A stretch of 64,000 bases of DNA, from the NCBI GenBank assembly GCA_963737655.1, contig CAVTTN010000002.1, positions 3,808,001 to 3,872,000 on the forward strand, read 5' to 3'. This DNA is from an uncultured Planctomycetota bacterium. Its GTDB lineage: Bacteria > Planctomycetota > Planctomycetia > Isosphaerales > Isosphaeraceae. Below are positions 19,695-28,847 of this stretch, in pieces (the stretch's first letter is position 1; each line of letters begins with the position of its first letter). The position numbers and the translations under genes were made by a program. The notes below the pieces were generated by a model. It searched no databases and had not been told where the DNA came from. It was given only the letters and a program-made list of their open reading frames with translations.

Positions 19695-21938
19695 CTACCG
19701 GCCCTTCTTCTTGCCTTTCCCTCGTTTCGGGACCGGCTTGGGCCGCTCTCGGAGGCGGTCGGCCGTTCGCTTCGGGGCGCGGCTGCGGGGCCGAGGGGCC
19801 GGCGGGGGGGCATCGGCGGGTCGGTCGAACGGGACGAGGTCGAGCTCCCGGCGGTCGATGTCCACCCTGGCCACCCGGACCTGGATCGGGTCGCCCAGGC
19901 GGTAGCGACGGCCGGAACGGCGGCCCACGAGCGTGTGGGTGCCCGATTCCAGGTAGTAGTAATCATCGTCGAGGCTGGTGATGTGCAACAGGCCCTCGAT
20001 GGGAAACTCCACGAGCTGGGCGAAGAAGCCGAAGTCTTCGACGCCGATGATGATCGCGTGGAATGCCTCGCCGATCCGGCCTTCGAGGTGGGTCAGCAGC
20101 TTGATCTTGATCAGCTCGCGCTCGGCGGCCTCGGCGCGGCGCTCGGTCCGGTTGCAGTGCTCGGCCAGGGCGGCCAGCTCATCCAGGTCGGCCTTGGGGG
20201 GCTTGCCGCCGAGGATCGAGCCCAGTTGGCGATGGACCTGCAGATCGGGATAGCGGCGGATCGGCGACGTGAAGTGGCAATAATCGTCGCTGGCCAGGGC
20301 GTAATGCCCCTCGATCTCCGGCGTGTAATTCGCCTGCTTCAGGCTTCGCAACAGGCCGTAGTGGACGGCGTGCCGTTCGGGCAACTCGGCCGTCTCGTCC
20401 AGGAGCTTCTGGAGGTCGAACCGGCTCTGCGGGTTCTCGATCGTGAAGCCCAAACTCCGGGCGAAGTCGGCGAACTCGCGGAGCTTCCTCGGCTCGGGGT
20501 CGGCGTGGCCTCGTCGGAGGAAGTTCACGTGTCTTTCGGTCAGGAACGACGCCACGGCCTCGTTCGCCGCGAGCATGAATTCCTCGATCACCTGGTGGCT
20601 CTCGTCATTCACGGCGAGATGGGCGCCGGCGACCTCGCCCGCGTCGCCCAGGTCGATCTCCACCTCCGGCATCGTCAATTCCAGGGCGCCCCTCTTGAAT
20701 CGCCTCTTGCGGAGGATTCGTGCGAGTTCGAGCATGCGATCGAGGATCGATCGGACCTCGGGCGAGACGCCTTCGACGGCCTCCTCGGGATGGGTCATGC
20801 AGTGAAAGGCCTGCTCATAGCTGAACCGCTTCGCCACCTTGATCGCCGACCGGGCGAACCGGCGATCGGTTCGGACGCCGTCGCGGTCGAACTCCATGAA
20901 GACGCTCATCGTGAAGCGGAGGTGCCCTTCCTGGAGGCTGGCCAGGCTGTTGGAGAGGACCTCGGGGAGCATGGGGATCACGCGATCGGGCAGGTAGACG
21001 CTGGTCCCTCGCTTGCGGGCGGTGCGGTCGAGGGCCGAGCCCGGCCGGACGAAGTGGCTGACGTCGGCGATATGGACGCCCAGGGTCCAGAAGCCGCGAT
21101 CGTCGCGGTCCAGGGTGATGGCGTCGTCGAAGTCGCGGGCGGTGGCCGGGTCGATCGTCACCGTGAGGACGTCTCGGAGATCCTCGCGGCCCGAGAGGTC
21201 GTTTTCGTCGAACCTGCGGGCCTCGTCGCGGGCGTCCTGCAACGTCTCGTCGTCGAAGACGTCGGGGATGTTGAAGGCGCGGATCACGGTGATGGTGTCC
21301 ACGCCGGGCTGGCCGCGTTCGCCGAGGATCTCGGTGATCACGCCTTCGCCCTCGGTCTCGGGCGAGGGGTAGCGGACCATCTCGAAGGCGACCTTATCGC
21401 CCGGCTTCGCCCCCTTGGCCCCGGGATCGCCCAGATAAATCGGGTGGTGGAACGTGGTGCCGTCCACCTTCACGTAGCCGGAGCCGAACTGCTCGAAATA
21501 GGTGCCGACGAACAGGCCCGAGGCCCGTTCGAGGACCCGGACGATCTTGCCCTCGTTGTTGAACCCGGGCGTGTGGGCCTTCTTCATGACCTTCACCGCG
21601 ACGAGGTCGCCGGTGGAGGCATCGAGGCCGGCGTCGGGCGGGATGAAAAGGTCCTTGTCCTTACCCTGCGAGTCCTTCGGCCGGACGAACCCGAAACCCT
21701 TGGACGACCGGCGAAAGGTGCCGAGGACCAGCCCCTTGGCCGATTCGGTCGGCTTCGTCAGGGTCTTGTCCTTGGCGATCTCGAGCCGACCTTCGCGGAC
21801 CATGCCTTTTACGACCGACCGGAATTCGGCGTAATCCTCGGCGTCGACCTGGAATCGGCGCGACATCGCCTTCAAGGTGAGCGGGCGATAGTCGGGCCGG
21901 GAGACGAGGCCGAGGACCTTGTCGTCATACTGGCTCAT
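19695..21938 (-). CDS. rnr: Ribonuclease R
   Basis: Cold-shock domains (GFGFV), RNB motif TIDPATARDFDDAI, HFTSPIRRYPDL, S1 domain and Lys/Arg-rich tail. Confidence 0.96.
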   Translation of the reverse strand: MSQYDDKVLGLVSRPDYRPLTLKAMSRRFQVDAEDYAEFRSVVKGMVREGRLEIAKDKTLTKPTESAKGLVLGTFRRSSKGFGFVRPKDSQGKDKDLFIPPDAGLDASTGDLVAVKVMKKAHTPGFNNEGKIVRVLERASGLFVGTYFEQFGSGYVKVDGTTFHHPIYLGDPGAKGAKPGDKVAFEMVRYPSPETEGEGVITEILGERGQPGVDTITVIRAFNIPDVFDDETLQDARDEARRFDENDLSGREDLRDVLTVTIDPATARDFDDAITLDRDDRGFWTLGVHIADVSHFVRPGSALDRTARKRGTSVYLPDRVIPMLPEVLSNSLASLQEGHLRFTMSVFMEFDRDGVRTDRRFARSAIKVAKRFSYEQAFHCMTHPEEAVEGVSPEVRSILDRMLELARILRKRRFKRGALELTMPEVEIDLGDAGEVAGAHLAVNDESHQVIEEFMLAANEAVASFLTERHVNFLRRGHADPEPRKLREFADFARSLGFTIENPQSRFDLQKLLDETAELPERHAVHYGLLRSLKQANYTPEIEGHYALASDDYCHFTSPIRRYPDLQVHRQLGSILGGKPPKADLDELAALAEHCNRTERRAEAAERELIKIKLLTHLEGRIGEAFHAIIIGVEDFGFFAQLVEFPIEGLLHITSLDDDYYYLESGTHTLVGRRSGRRYRLGDPIQVRVARVDIDRRELDLVPFDRPADAPPPAPRPRSRAPKRTADRLRERPKPVPKRGKGKKKGR

Positions 21939-22024
21939 GGCGCGGCCCCGGAGGATTGAGGACGAGTTGAGGACGGGCCGCGCCCGACTCCCGAGGGAAT
22001 TCTACCCCGCGGGCCCGCGGTCGG

Positions 22025-22996
22025 TCATTCCCTCCGCAACGGGCAGACCACGCATCGGAAACTCCCCCACATCCGCTTCACATTATCGAAGTAGAGCGGA
22101 TGAGTCCTGTAACCCATCTCGCGGAGCTTGGCGTTGGTCCGTTTCATCCGGGCCCCGGTGACGACCGTCTTCGGGTCGAGCCAGAGCAGGTTCGCGGCGA
22201 GGTGGAGCGAGGCTTCGTCCCGGGAAAGCGGGATCAACTCCGAATAGAACTTGCGGAGGGCCTTGATCGAGCTCGGCGGCAAGGCCCGAGGTTGAAACAG
22301 GGCCCGGCCGTCGGGCAGAGGGGCCAGGGCGCAGTCGAGGTGGAGCGCCTTGTGGGGCACTCGATGGGCCTCGACTCCCTGGGTCTTCAGGAGGTCGGCC
22401 AGCGCGAGGAACCCCGCCTCGTTGGTCTTGGGGCCGATGCCGACCAGGACCGTCTTGCCCTGGTCCCGCACCATCACGTCACCGCCTTCGATCGTGGCGT
22501 CTTCGCCCTCGATCGAGGTCTCGTCCGAGACCCCGGCGAGCACCGGGTCGAGCCCGACCTTCTCCATCTTCCGGTGTGGATCGGAGAGGCGGCCGACGAA
22601 CAGGGTCTTGCCGACGGCGAAACTCGGGTCGCGGGTGAACACCTGGCAGAACGCGTCCTCGATCGGCGCCGGCGGAAGGATCGTCACGCCGGACTTGACC
22701 AGCAGATCCCGGAAGGCCGCCATCTCGCGGACGACCCCCTCGGCCTCGACGGGCCCGGTCTCCGGGTGCTGGCGGAGCATATCCTCGGCGGCACATCCGA
22801 AGAGGTCCTCGAAGTCGATGTCGCGAGCGTTCGAGGCGTCGTGGACGATCGCGGCCTTGAGTGCCCCGAACTCGTCGCCGACGCGGATCGGCAGGAGCGG
22901 CCCGAGGAGGTTCGAGGCTCCGATGGCGACGTTGGAGGACCAGGCGGCAAGGCCGATCCCGGACGCGAGTCGAAGAAGCGCGGTTCTTCGGTGCAT
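22025..22996 (-). CDS. Amidinotransferase/dimethylargininase (pentein) family protein with Tat-like signal
   Basis: Catalytic motifs FTRD, EGGD, HLD and GSFRC. N-terminus MHRRTALL followed by a hydrophobic stretch. Confidence 0.88.
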   Translation of the reverse strand: MHRRTALLRLASGIGLAAWSSNVAIGASNLLGPLLPIRVGDEFGALKAAIVHDASNARDIDFEDLFGCAAEDMLRQHPETGPVEAEGVVREMAAFRDLLVKSGVTILPPAPIEDAFCQVFTRDPSFAVGKTLFVGRLSDPHRKMEKVGLDPVLAGVSDETSIEGEDATIEGGDVMVRDQGKTVLVGIGPKTNEAGFLALADLLKTQGVEAHRVPHKALHLDCALAPLPDGRALFQPRALPPSSIKALRKFYSELIPLSRDEASLHLAANLLWLDPKTVVTGARMKRTNAKLREMGYRTHPLYFDNVKRMWGSFRCVVCPLRRE

Positions 22997-23093
22997 AGGC
23001 TCACCCTGGGGGAACGGGGGACCATGCACCCATTCTATCCGTCCGACGGCCCCGGGGAAGCCTCGTCGCCCTCAAGGCGGTCGTCCGAACCGA

Positions 23094-24089
23094 TTATTCG
23101 AGGGTTTCGGCCGCGCTGTCGGCCGAGCGGCCCCCCTTGAACAGCTTGCGGCCGAGGTTCGGGTGGAACGGGGTCCAGCTCGTCTCGCGGCTCGGGTCGT
23201 CGCGGATCTCCCGGGTGACCAGGTGGATCTTGGCGTCGAGGTTGTCGATCAGGCTCAGCGCGACGGCCTCGGGCGTCATGGGCGGCTTGACGCTGCCGAA
23301 CTCGGCCGTCCCGTGGTGGCTGACGATCATGTGCTCCAGACGGAGCCGGAGCTCGGTCGGGAACGGCTCGCCGGTCAGGTCCGTGGTCTTGTGGAGGTAG
23401 TCGCGCAGCATGGCCACGCCCATCACGAGATGGCCGACGAGCTGGCCCTCGTCGGTGTATCCGAAGGTGCGTTCATAGCTCAGCTCGTCGATCTTGCCGA
23501 GGTCGTGGAGGAAGATCCCGGAGATCAGCAGGTCGCGATCGACGTCGGGATAGAGGTCGGCGATCCTCGTCGCCACGTTCATCATGGTGACGACGTGTTC
23601 GAGGAGTCCGGCGGGATAGGCGTGATGATTCTTGATCCCGGCGGGCGCGGAGGTGAACTTGCGGACGAACTCGCCGTCGATCAGGAAGCATTCGGCCAGG
23701 GCGCGGAGGTGGGGATTGCCCTGACCGAGGAGGACCTCGCGGAGCCGGGCCAGGAGCTTGCCCGAGTCGCGAACGCTCTGGGGCAGGAACTCGTCGGGCT
23801 CGATGGATTCGGGGTCCACGACGTCGATCGAGGCGAGGATGACCTGCAAGGCGCCCTGGAAGACCTGCACCTTGCCGCGGGCGTGGAGGTAGTCTCCCGG
23901 CTCGAACCGGCGGGCGAGGCCTTCGCTGGCGTTCCACAGGCGGGCGCCGACGGCCCCGGTCTTGTCGCGGAGGTCCAGGTGGAGGTAGAGGTTGCCCTGG
24001 CGGTTGGCGCGGAGTTGCTTGTCGGCGACGAGGAAGACCTCATCGACCGAGTCGCCGTTGGCGAGCTGGTTGATGTAGAGGCGAGGCAT
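23094..24089 (-). CDS. yhaM: YhaM-family 3'-5' exoribonuclease (OB-fold + HD domain)
   Basis: YL.L.L.DKTG...ARLW, HHAYPAGLLEH, LHDLGKI.E, GHL..G, HMIVSHHG, P.TPEA...DNLDA. Confidence 0.9.
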   Translation of the reverse strand: MPRLYINQLANGDSVDEVFLVADKQLRANRQGNLYLHLDLRDKTGAVGARLWNASEGLARRFEPGDYLHARGKVQVFQGALQVILASIDVVDPESIEPDEFLPQSVRDSGKLLARLREVLLGQGNPHLRALAECFLIDGEFVRKFTSAPAGIKNHHAYPAGLLEHVVTMMNVATRIADLYPDVDRDLLISGIFLHDLGKIDELSYERTFGYTDEGQLVGHLVMGVAMLRDYLHKTTDLTGEPFPTELRLRLEHMIVSHHGTAEFGSVKPPMTPEAVALSLIDNLDAKIHLVTREIRDDPSRETSWTPFHPNLGRKLFKGGRSADSAAETLE

Positions 24090-24225
24090 GAGGGCGGCCT
24101 TCGGCCCGACCGAGGCGGCCGGGCCGGCGGGCCCAGCCGTCGTCCTTGCCCGGCCGACTCCGGTGGAGAGGGCCGATTGTAGGGACGCCCCGCCGGTCCG
24201 GTCAAGGACCGGCGGGGCGGCAGCC

Positions 24226-25395
24226 TCAGGAGTTCGGCTTCTTCGCACCTCGGAAGGCGACGTCGTTGCCGCCGGTCGTGTACAGCGTCTGGTTCAGGTC
24301 CGTCCCGCTCAGGTAGGTGTCGAGCGGGGCCAGGGGCGCGTAGGCCGGATACGGGAACACGTTGCCCGCCGGGGCCGGGTCGCTCAGGACTCCGGCCGAA
24401 GGCAAGCCCGGCACCGCCTGCACCGTCTGGACCAGCTTCAGGGCCGAGCTCGGGCCGGGGCCGATCTCGTGGATCTCGCGGATCGTGTTCAACGGGTCGA
24501 CGATCACGCCGAGGTAATACGGGCCTCCGGCGGGGAGAGTGACCGTCGGCGAGCCGTCCACGGTCTCGGTCAGGGTGACGACGTTGGGCGGGTTGTCGAG
24601 GTTCACGTCGCCCAGGACGGTCCGCTTCGAGGGCGCCTCCGACAGCGGGGCGATGTTCGTGATCGAGTACTGGCCGACGATCGCGTCGGTCGGCCCGTAA
24701 TTCTGGTCGGTCGAGGCGACGAGGAGGACGGTCACCGGCCCTTGGGGCGAGGTATCGACGGTCCCGTAATTGGCAATCTTGATGACCGGGGCGATCGAGT
24801 CGCCGGGCTGGATCGTCGGCGGCAGCGAGATGCTGATCGCGGCCAGGTCCGGCAGGGGCGCGTTAATCTGGACCGGGACGGACGTCGAGACGTTGTTGGT
24901 GCGGTCGAGGTCGCGAACCGTGTTCGTGTCGTCGGCTCGGAAGAAGACGTAGACCGTCCCGCCGTCGCCCGGGTACTTCCGGGGCGGAGTGCTCGGCAGG
25001 GTGACGGTCCCGCTGGCCTCCACGATGCTGTTCTGGGGGACGGCCGGCACCGAGATGTCGCCGAGCTTGACCACTCCCGGGCCCCCGATCTGGCCCCGGG
25101 GCTTTCTCGACATGTACACGCCGACCTGGGTCGGCCCGGCGTCGGCCGAGCTGGTGGAACCCGGGGCGAGGTTCAGGGGCTCGATGGTCGAGCTGGCGCC
25201 CAGGTTGCGGACGTCCAGGCTGACCGCGAGCGGTCCACCATAGGCGGCGATCGGGCCGGTCTCGCCGGTCACGGTCAGGTCCGGCAGCGAACCGAGCGGG
25301 GAATAGGCGAGCAATTGGCGGCCCTCGAGGGCCTCCAGCCCGGCCCCGCCGAGGGCCGACCGTCTGAGGGGGCGACGGATCTTCTTCGGCTGCAC
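24226..25395 (-). CDS. Exported CARDB-like domain protein with LExRxLL motif
   Basis: GTG start with GGAGG RBS, LEALEGRQLL, and two LPDL...N.G...D..N...E CARDB-like modules. Confidence 0.8.
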   Translation of the reverse strand: MQPKKIRRPLRRSALGGAGLEALEGRQLLAYSPLGSLPDLTVTGETGPIAAYGGPLAVSLDVRNLGASSTIEPLNLAPGSTSSADAGPTQVGVYMSRKPRGQIGGPGVVKLGDISVPAVPQNSIVEASGTVTLPSTPPRKYPGDGGTVYVFFRADDTNTVRDLDRTNNVSTSVPVQINAPLPDLAAISISLPPTIQPGDSIAPVIKIANYGTVDTSPQGPVTVLLVASTDQNYGPTDAIVGQYSITNIAPLSEAPSKRTVLGDVNLDNPPNVVTLTETVDGSPTVTLPAGGPYYLGVIVDPLNTIREIHEIGPGPSSALKLVQTVQAVPGLPSAGVLSDPAPAGNVFPYPAYAPLAPLDTYLSGTDLNQTLYTTGGNDVAFRGAKKPNS

Positions 25396-25655
25396 CTCAC
25401 ACCTCCCTGCGGCCGGGGTCCCCGACCTGAACTCCCGACTCTCGAAGCGGGCGCCCCTCGCATGGGGCCCCGACGCCTACGATTCTAGATTTCGTCCCGA
25501 TCCGAACGGAAGGCACGGCCTTTTTCGAGGCGCGACGGCGATTTTGCGCCTTGGAGGACAACACGTTACGGACGATCCGGCCGGAACGGCGGTGGCGCGC
25601 CTGACGGTCCTCCCGAATCCGCCGGGGGAGCCTCTTCGGATCGCTCGCGCCGATC

Positions 25656-25664
25656 TGGTAGGAT
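25656..25664 (+). promoter_or_regulatory. Putative extended -10 element upstream of proS
   Basis: TG-G-TAGGAT about 45 nt before the proS start. Confidence 0.35.
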
Positions 25665-25709
25665 ACGGGGCCTTGGTCCGCTCTCGATGAGATCGCAGAG
25701 GAGCCGCCC

Positions 25710-27497
25710 GTGCGCTGGTCGCAAGCCCTGATCCCCACCCAGAAAGAATCCCCGACCGACGCCGTGGCCCCCAGCCACGTCCTGCTGCTCCGAGCGGGGA
25801 TGATCCGCCAGCTCGGCGCCGGGGCCTACACCTATTTGCCCCTCGGCTTGCGCGTCCTCCACAAGGCCACGCGGATCGTCCGCGAGGAGATGAACGCCGC
25901 CGGGGCCCAGGAGCTCCTCATGCCGGCGCTCCAGCCCGTGGAGATCTGGCAGGAGTCCGGCCGTCACGGCCACATGGGCGGCATCCTCATGGAGTTCGTG
26001 CTCTCGGGGGATCGCCACGTCGTCCTCGGGCCGACTCATGAGGAAGCCGTCACCGACATCGTCCGGGACGTGATCAAATCGTACCGGCAAATGCCGATCA
26101 CGCTCTATCAAATCCAGACCAAGTTCCGAAACGAGCCCCGCCCCCGGTTCGGCATCCTGCGGACCCGCGAATTCCTGATGAAGGACGCCTATTCCTTCGG
26201 CGCCGACCTCGAACAGCTCAACGTCGCCTACGACGCCATGTACGAGGCGTATTGCCGGATCTTCGACCGCTGCGGCCTGCCGTATGTCGCCGTCGAGGCC
26301 GAGAGCGGGCCGATCGGCGGCGACAGCTCCCACGAGTTCATGGTCCCCTGCGCCACCGGCGAGGACGTGGTGGTCATCTGCCATTCCTGCGGCTACGCGG
26401 CGAACCGCGAGAAGGCCCAGGTGGGCAAGATCGACTGGCAGGGTCGCGAAACCCCGGCCGACGCCCCGCCCTATCAGAGCGTCTCCACCCCCGGTCGCAA
26501 GACGATCCAGGAGGTGTGCGACTTCCTGAAGCGGCCGGAGTCCGAGACCGCCAAATTGCTCGTCTTCCTCGCCGACGGCAAGCCCGTGGCGGTCCTCGTC
26601 CGAGGCGATCACGAAGCCAATGAAGGCAAGCTTCGGCGAGCGTTCAACGCCTCGACGGTCGAGCCGGCCGACGCGGCGATGATCGAGAAGGTCACGGGGG
26701 CGCCGATGGGCTTCCTGGGGCCGATCGGCCTGCAAATCCCCCTGTTGATCGATCAGGCCGTGGCCGCGATGCCGACGGTCGTCGTCGGCGGCAACACGGT
26801 GGACGTCCACCTCACGGGCGTGATCCCGGGTCGCGATTTCCCGCTGGCCGAAGACCACGTGGGCGACTTCCGCAACGCCGAGGCCGGCGACCCCTGCCCC
26901 AAGTGCGGGCAGACGATGAGCGTGGATCAGGGGATCGAGATCGGCCACGTCTTCAAGCTCGGGACCAAGTACTCCGCCGCGATGGGCGCGACGTTCCTCG
27001 ACGACAAGGGCATGTCCCACCCGGTCATCATGGGCTGCTACGGGATCGGCGTGAACCGCATCCTCGCGGCGGCCGTCGAGGCCGGGCACGACGAGAACGG
27101 AATCCTCTGGCCGCTCACGCTCGCCCCGTTCGAGGTCATCGTCGTGCCCCTCCAGCCCCAGAACGACGCCGTGATGCAAGTGGCCGAGACGATTTCGGCG
27201 GGCCTCGAATCGGCCGGCGTGGAGGTCCTGATCGACGACCGGGACGGCCGGCCCGGCGTCAAGTTCAAGGACGCCGACCTGATCGGCATCCCCCTGCGAA
27301 TCGTCGTCGGCGAGCGCGGCCTGAAGGAGGGGACGGTCGAGGTGAAGTGGCGAACCGACCCGGCGGCGCACAACATCTCGGCCGCGACGGCGATCGAGGC
27401 GATCCTCGCCGAGCTCGATTCGACCCGCAAGGCGCTCGATGCCAGGGCCAGCGACAGACGGACCGCCAGGGCCGTGGCCCGGGGCGCCGCCAAATGA
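25710..27497 (+). CDS. proS: Proline--tRNA ligase (bacterial type with editing insertion)
   Basis: LGPTHEE, YQIQTKFRNEPRPRFGILRTREFLMKDAYSF, GIEIGHVFKLGTKYS, MGCYGIG, GVKFKDADLIGIP. Confidence 0.98.
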   Translation: MRWSQALIPTQKESPTDAVAPSHVLLLRAGMIRQLGAGAYTYLPLGLRVLHKATRIVREEMNAAGAQELLMPALQPVEIWQESGRHGHMGGILMEFVLSGDRHVVLGPTHEEAVTDIVRDVIKSYRQMPITLYQIQTKFRNEPRPRFGILRTREFLMKDAYSFGADLEQLNVAYDAMYEAYCRIFDRCGLPYVAVEAESGPIGGDSSHEFMVPCATGEDVVVICHSCGYAANREKAQVGKIDWQGRETPADAPPYQSVSTPGRKTIQEVCDFLKRPESETAKLLVFLADGKPVAVLVRGDHEANEGKLRRAFNASTVEPADAAMIEKVTGAPMGFLGPIGLQIPLLIDQAVAAMPTVVVGGNTVDVHLTGVIPGRDFPLAEDHVGDFRNAEAGDPCPKCGQTMSVDQGIEIGHVFKLGTKYSAAMGATFLDDKGMSHPVIMGCYGIGVNRILAAAVEAGHDENGILWPLTLAPFEVIVVPLQPQNDAVMQVAETISAGLESAGVEVLIDDRDGRPGVKFKDADLIGIPLRIVVGERGLKEGTVEVKWRTDPAAHNISAATAIEAILAELDSTRKALDARASDRRTARAVARGAAK

Positions 27498-27767
27498 GCG
27501 ACAAACCGGCGATACCGAGGGGCCCGCTGGTCCTGCTCGGCCTGATGACCCTCGTCACGTTCCTCGGCCCTCTGGCGATCTGGTTGACGCTCCGGGGCGG
27601 TTCGCGAGCGGAATTCCCGCCCGATCGCCCCGTCGAGTGGGTGGTCCTGATCGGGACGGTGGGGGCCGCGGCCGTCTTGATGGTCGCCTGCCTCGCCGTG
27701 GGCCTGGCGAACCATCGGGCCTTCCTGCGAGGCTCGAAACGACCAGGCGGCGAGGACCGGCCCGTGA
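27494..27767 (+). CDS. Small two-TM membrane protein (as written, fused in frame to the next gene)
   Basis: ATGA overlap with proS and two hydrophobic helices. Removing one C at 27761-27763 gives a stop overlapping the next GTG. Confidence 0.6.
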
Positions 27768-28825
27768 TCGCCTCGGCGGCTGGCCTCTTCCTCCTCGCCT
27801 TCCTCCTGAGCGCGATCCTCTGCGCCGGGGTCCGCGCGATCGCGCCCCGGATCGGCCTGATCGACTCGCCCGGAGGTCGCAAGGCCCACAAGGCGCCCAC
27901 TCCCCTGGGCGGAGGCGTGGCGATCTGGTCGACGATGGGCCTGGTCCTGGTCGCCGGGGCCCTCATGCTGAAATTCGGCCGCGGGATGATCCCCGCCGCA
28001 CTGCGAATTCACGCCGACGGCGCCCTCCTGCGAGTCGGCGAACTCGGATGGATCTTCCTCCTCGCCACGGCCGTGATGGTCATGGGCCTGATCGACGACC
28101 GGATTCGCCTGGGCTGGAAGCCCCGGTTGCTCGTCCAGTTCGCCCTGGCGATCGCCTTCGTGGTCGTGGGCGATCGCGTGACCGTTTTCCAGCATAACCA
28201 ATGGTTGATGGGGGCGGCCACGGTCGTCTGGATCGTCGGATTGACGAATGCGTTCAACTTCCTCGACAACATGGACGGCCTCGCGGCGAGCGTCGGCCTG
28301 ATCGCGGCCCTGTTGTTCGCCGGCGCCCAGGCGGCGGTGGGAAGCCTGTTCGTCCCGGCGATTCTTGTGATCCTGGCCGGCTCGCTCGGCGGGTTCCTCG
28401 TCCATAATCGTCCCCCGGCGCGCCTGTTCATGGGAGACGCCGGCTCGAACTTCCTGGGCTTCCTCCTGGGTGTCTTGACCGTCGCCGGGACGTTCACCCG
28501 CCAGGGTTTCTCGCCGTTCGGCGTGATTGCCCCCCTGCTCGTGATGGCCGTCCCGCTGTACGATACCACGTCGGTGATCCTGATCCGCCTCCGCGAAGGC
28601 CGGAGCCCGTTTCAGGCCGACCGCCGCCACTTCTCGCATCGACTCGTCGACCGGGGCCTCTCCCCCTCGATGGCCGTGGCGACGATCGACCTGGTGACCC
28701 TCGCCGCGGGGCTCGGCGCGTTGCTCCTGAATCGTTTGACGACCCCTCTGGGCGCGAGCGTGATCCTGCTGCAGACGGCTTGCCTCGTCGGGTTGATCGC
28801 CGTCCTCGAATCCTCGGCGAAATGA
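27764..28825 (+). CDS. MraY/WecA-family polyprenyl-phosphate GlcNAc-1-P transferase
   Basis: GAGGA RBS before the GTG. Motifs RKAH..PTPLGGG, GLIDD, NAFNFLDNMDGL, FMGDAGS and DRRHFSHRL. Confidence 0.92.
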   Translation: MIASAAGLFLLAFLLSAILCAGVRAIAPRIGLIDSPGGRKAHKAPTPLGGGVAIWSTMGLVLVAGALMLKFGRGMIPAALRIHADGALLRVGELGWIFLLATAVMVMGLIDDRIRLGWKPRLLVQFALAIAFVVVGDRVTVFQHNQWLMGAATVVWIVGLTNAFNFLDNMDGLAASVGLIAALLFAGAQAAVGSLFVPAILVILAGSLGGFLVHNRPPARLFMGDAGSNFLGFLLGVLTVAGTFTRQGFSPFGVIAPLLVMAVPLYDTTSVILIRLREGRSPFQADRRHFSHRLVDRGLSPSMAVATIDLVTLAAGLGALLLNRLTTPLGASVILLQTACLVGLIAVLESSAK

Positions 28826-28847
28826 TCCCTCGGGCCGGAGACCGCCA

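Noticed and set aside
23094..24089. HD domain as Cas3 or a defence nuclease
   Set aside because: The OB-fold + HD layout and motifs fit YhaM, with no helicase fusion or cas context.
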